From contig NW_021828129.1 in NCBI RefSeq assembly GCF_006345805.1, positions 1-9,056 of the forward strand: 9,056 nucleotides of DNA, given 5' to 3'. Positions 7,675 through 9,056 of the stretch are shown here, one piece after another. The stretch's first letter is position 1; each line of letters begins with the position of its first letter. The stretch comes from Octopus sinensis (lineage: Eukaryota). The position numbers were made by a program, and so were the translations under genes. A model generated the notes under the pieces. It did not search any database, was not told where the DNA came from, and saw only the letters and a program-made list of their open reading frames with translations.

Positions 7675-7778
7675 TTCTGTGTGCTTATGAGTGTGCATGT
7701 ATATGTACATGCGGATGTGTATATATGTGCATGTATGTACATATGTATGTATGTATATATATATATATATATATATAT
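7675..7778. repeat. Compound (TG)/(TATG)/(TA)n microsatellite
   Basis: Visible directly; ends in a pure TA run at about 7754-7778. Confidence 0.92.
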
Positions 7779-8184
7779 CAGATTATACAGGAAGTTGTGT
7801 TTGATTTTTAGTATTTATAAGTACAAATCTAACTCTATCAGCCTTGGCTAAGAGGATATAATCCATGTCTGATCACAGCTAATGCTCTGTAAAATGCACA
7901 TTCTATGAAAAGAAAAGTTTTATTGAAAGTACTTTGAGAAAAATATATAAATATTTAGATTCTCCCTTAAGATCTGAAAACTAATTCTGAAAAACACCTT
8001 TTCTCCAAGTAGACATTTCTAAGAAAAGTAATACCACTGTGACAGGTGATCTTTATTTTGAATGATTGATATTCTTAGTTCGATCTGGTTATAACATAGG
8101 TCTCCCTATCTCCACTATATCAATAATCTGGAAGAGTGTCAAGTTTGCAATTCTCAATATGCCTAGAAATTGGCCAAAAAATGG

Positions 8185-8981
8185 TTCATCCTCAACATAA
8201 TTTCATCAATTTTCTGTCACTTTTATCGATCTATTTGCAAGTTTTGATGCTTGATTTAAAAATAGTTTTGAATGAAAATATAGTTAATTCATTAGCTATA
8301 CCTTCCTTGCTTACCATAATTTTCCTTTCTGATTGGTCTTAACCTTTTTTCCCTATATAACAAGCTCACATTTTTAGTTACTGGCATAGTGTGAAGCTGT
8401 GTTATCTTGATGAAAGAGAACCCTTTTTTGGTTTACTGTGATAAGAACAATTCATTTCATATCCCAACAGCACTCAATAGATGTGGTACAGATTTCTTAT
8501 TTGGGCTTAGACACTGTCTGCAGCACTAATTACTGTAAAAAATCCACTTCTCATCTCCAGTTATGACCCAATTTTAAAATGATGTTTAGTGGTTGCATAT
8601 ATATAGTAATTCACAGCAGTCAAGTTTCTGTCAACTTTTTGCTGCTGAAAGAGAACAAGAAACTCATTTTTGAAACTTTGAAACTTTTCCAGACTTCTTC
8701 AAATGATAATGAATGAGCATAGAGCTAACATGAAATTTAGAAATTGCCCTCACTGTTGTGTTGCTCCTAGCATTTTGTAATCCAATTCAGAAGGATATGC
8801 TAATTTAATCTTATCAAGCAAACTGAAAGTGCCATGTTTTACAATTGACCTTTCCATAGTTCTTACATTCATTGCATGTTGGCTATAAAGCTTTTGAATA
8901 TTTTTGCCTATTTCATTTGCCTTAGAACCTCACTGACAGTTGTAAAAGTATAATGTCACAACTATGAACTTTGTTTTGATT
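8185..8981 (-). mobile_element. Decayed mariner (Tc1/mariner, DD34D type) transposase pseudogene
   Basis: Manual - strand translation gives mariner motifs in the correct order: NKVH..IILL (8975 on), GSKANEIGKNIQKLYSQHAMNVRTMER..KHGTFSLLDK (HTH region, 8929 on), YPSELD (8797 on), IHYHLKKSGKVSKFQK*V (8714 on), TGDEKWIFYSN (8561 on; first catalytic D), WDMK (8466 on), VNQKRVLFHQDN (second D at 8406-8404), GKKVKT (8352 on) and KLANRSIKVTEN**NYVED (ends about 8188). It has multiple stops and frameshifts. The 5' TIR would lie beyond the window end. Confidence 0.9.
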
Positions 8982-9056
8982 CAATGATGTGTTCTTTACA
9001 TTTCAAATCAATACTATAATGGGATTATTGCACTACAAGAATTCATGAATTGGATT

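Noticed and set aside
8136-8342. 68-aa + strand ORF
   Set aside because: It is antisense to the C-terminal part of the mariner relic and starts at GTG, so it is incidental.
8315-8645. Apparent - strand splice sites (38-nt mini-exon 8352-8315 with ATG|GTAAGC; strong acceptor near 8645) suggesting a convergent neighbouring gene
   Set aside because: Both fall inside sequence better explained as mariner transposase codons, and no coherent spliced ORF results.

Overview
Eukaryotic, AT-rich animal genomic DNA. An octopod cephalopod is the most likely source; this is inferred from recalled SINE families and the compound microsatellites, not from a database search. The window holds the last three coding exons of a + strand SLC4 (band 3 / Na+-coupled bicarbonate transporter-like) gene at 933-1109, 2956-3069 and 6947-7051. 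All three join in phase 0 with canonical GT-AG sites, give 131 aa, and end in a class I PDZ-type motif (DNTKL*). The ORF track shows only the first exon in its true frame. The introns carry compound microsatellites and at least five decayed antisense retroposons. One of these is a composite: tRNA-type head + open LINE (RTE-like) endonuclease fragment + SINE body with a (GAT)n tail. Another is a head-to-tail SINE dimer. A perfect 31-bp palindrome sits at 5790-5820. Downstream, on the - strand, is a decayed mariner transposase (about 8185-8981) that lacks the third catalytic Asp region and is absent from the ORF track. I see no prokaryotic, CRISPR or clearly new multi-gene system. The best leads are the chimeric retroposon, the divergent SLC4 paralog and two candidate alternative splice events.
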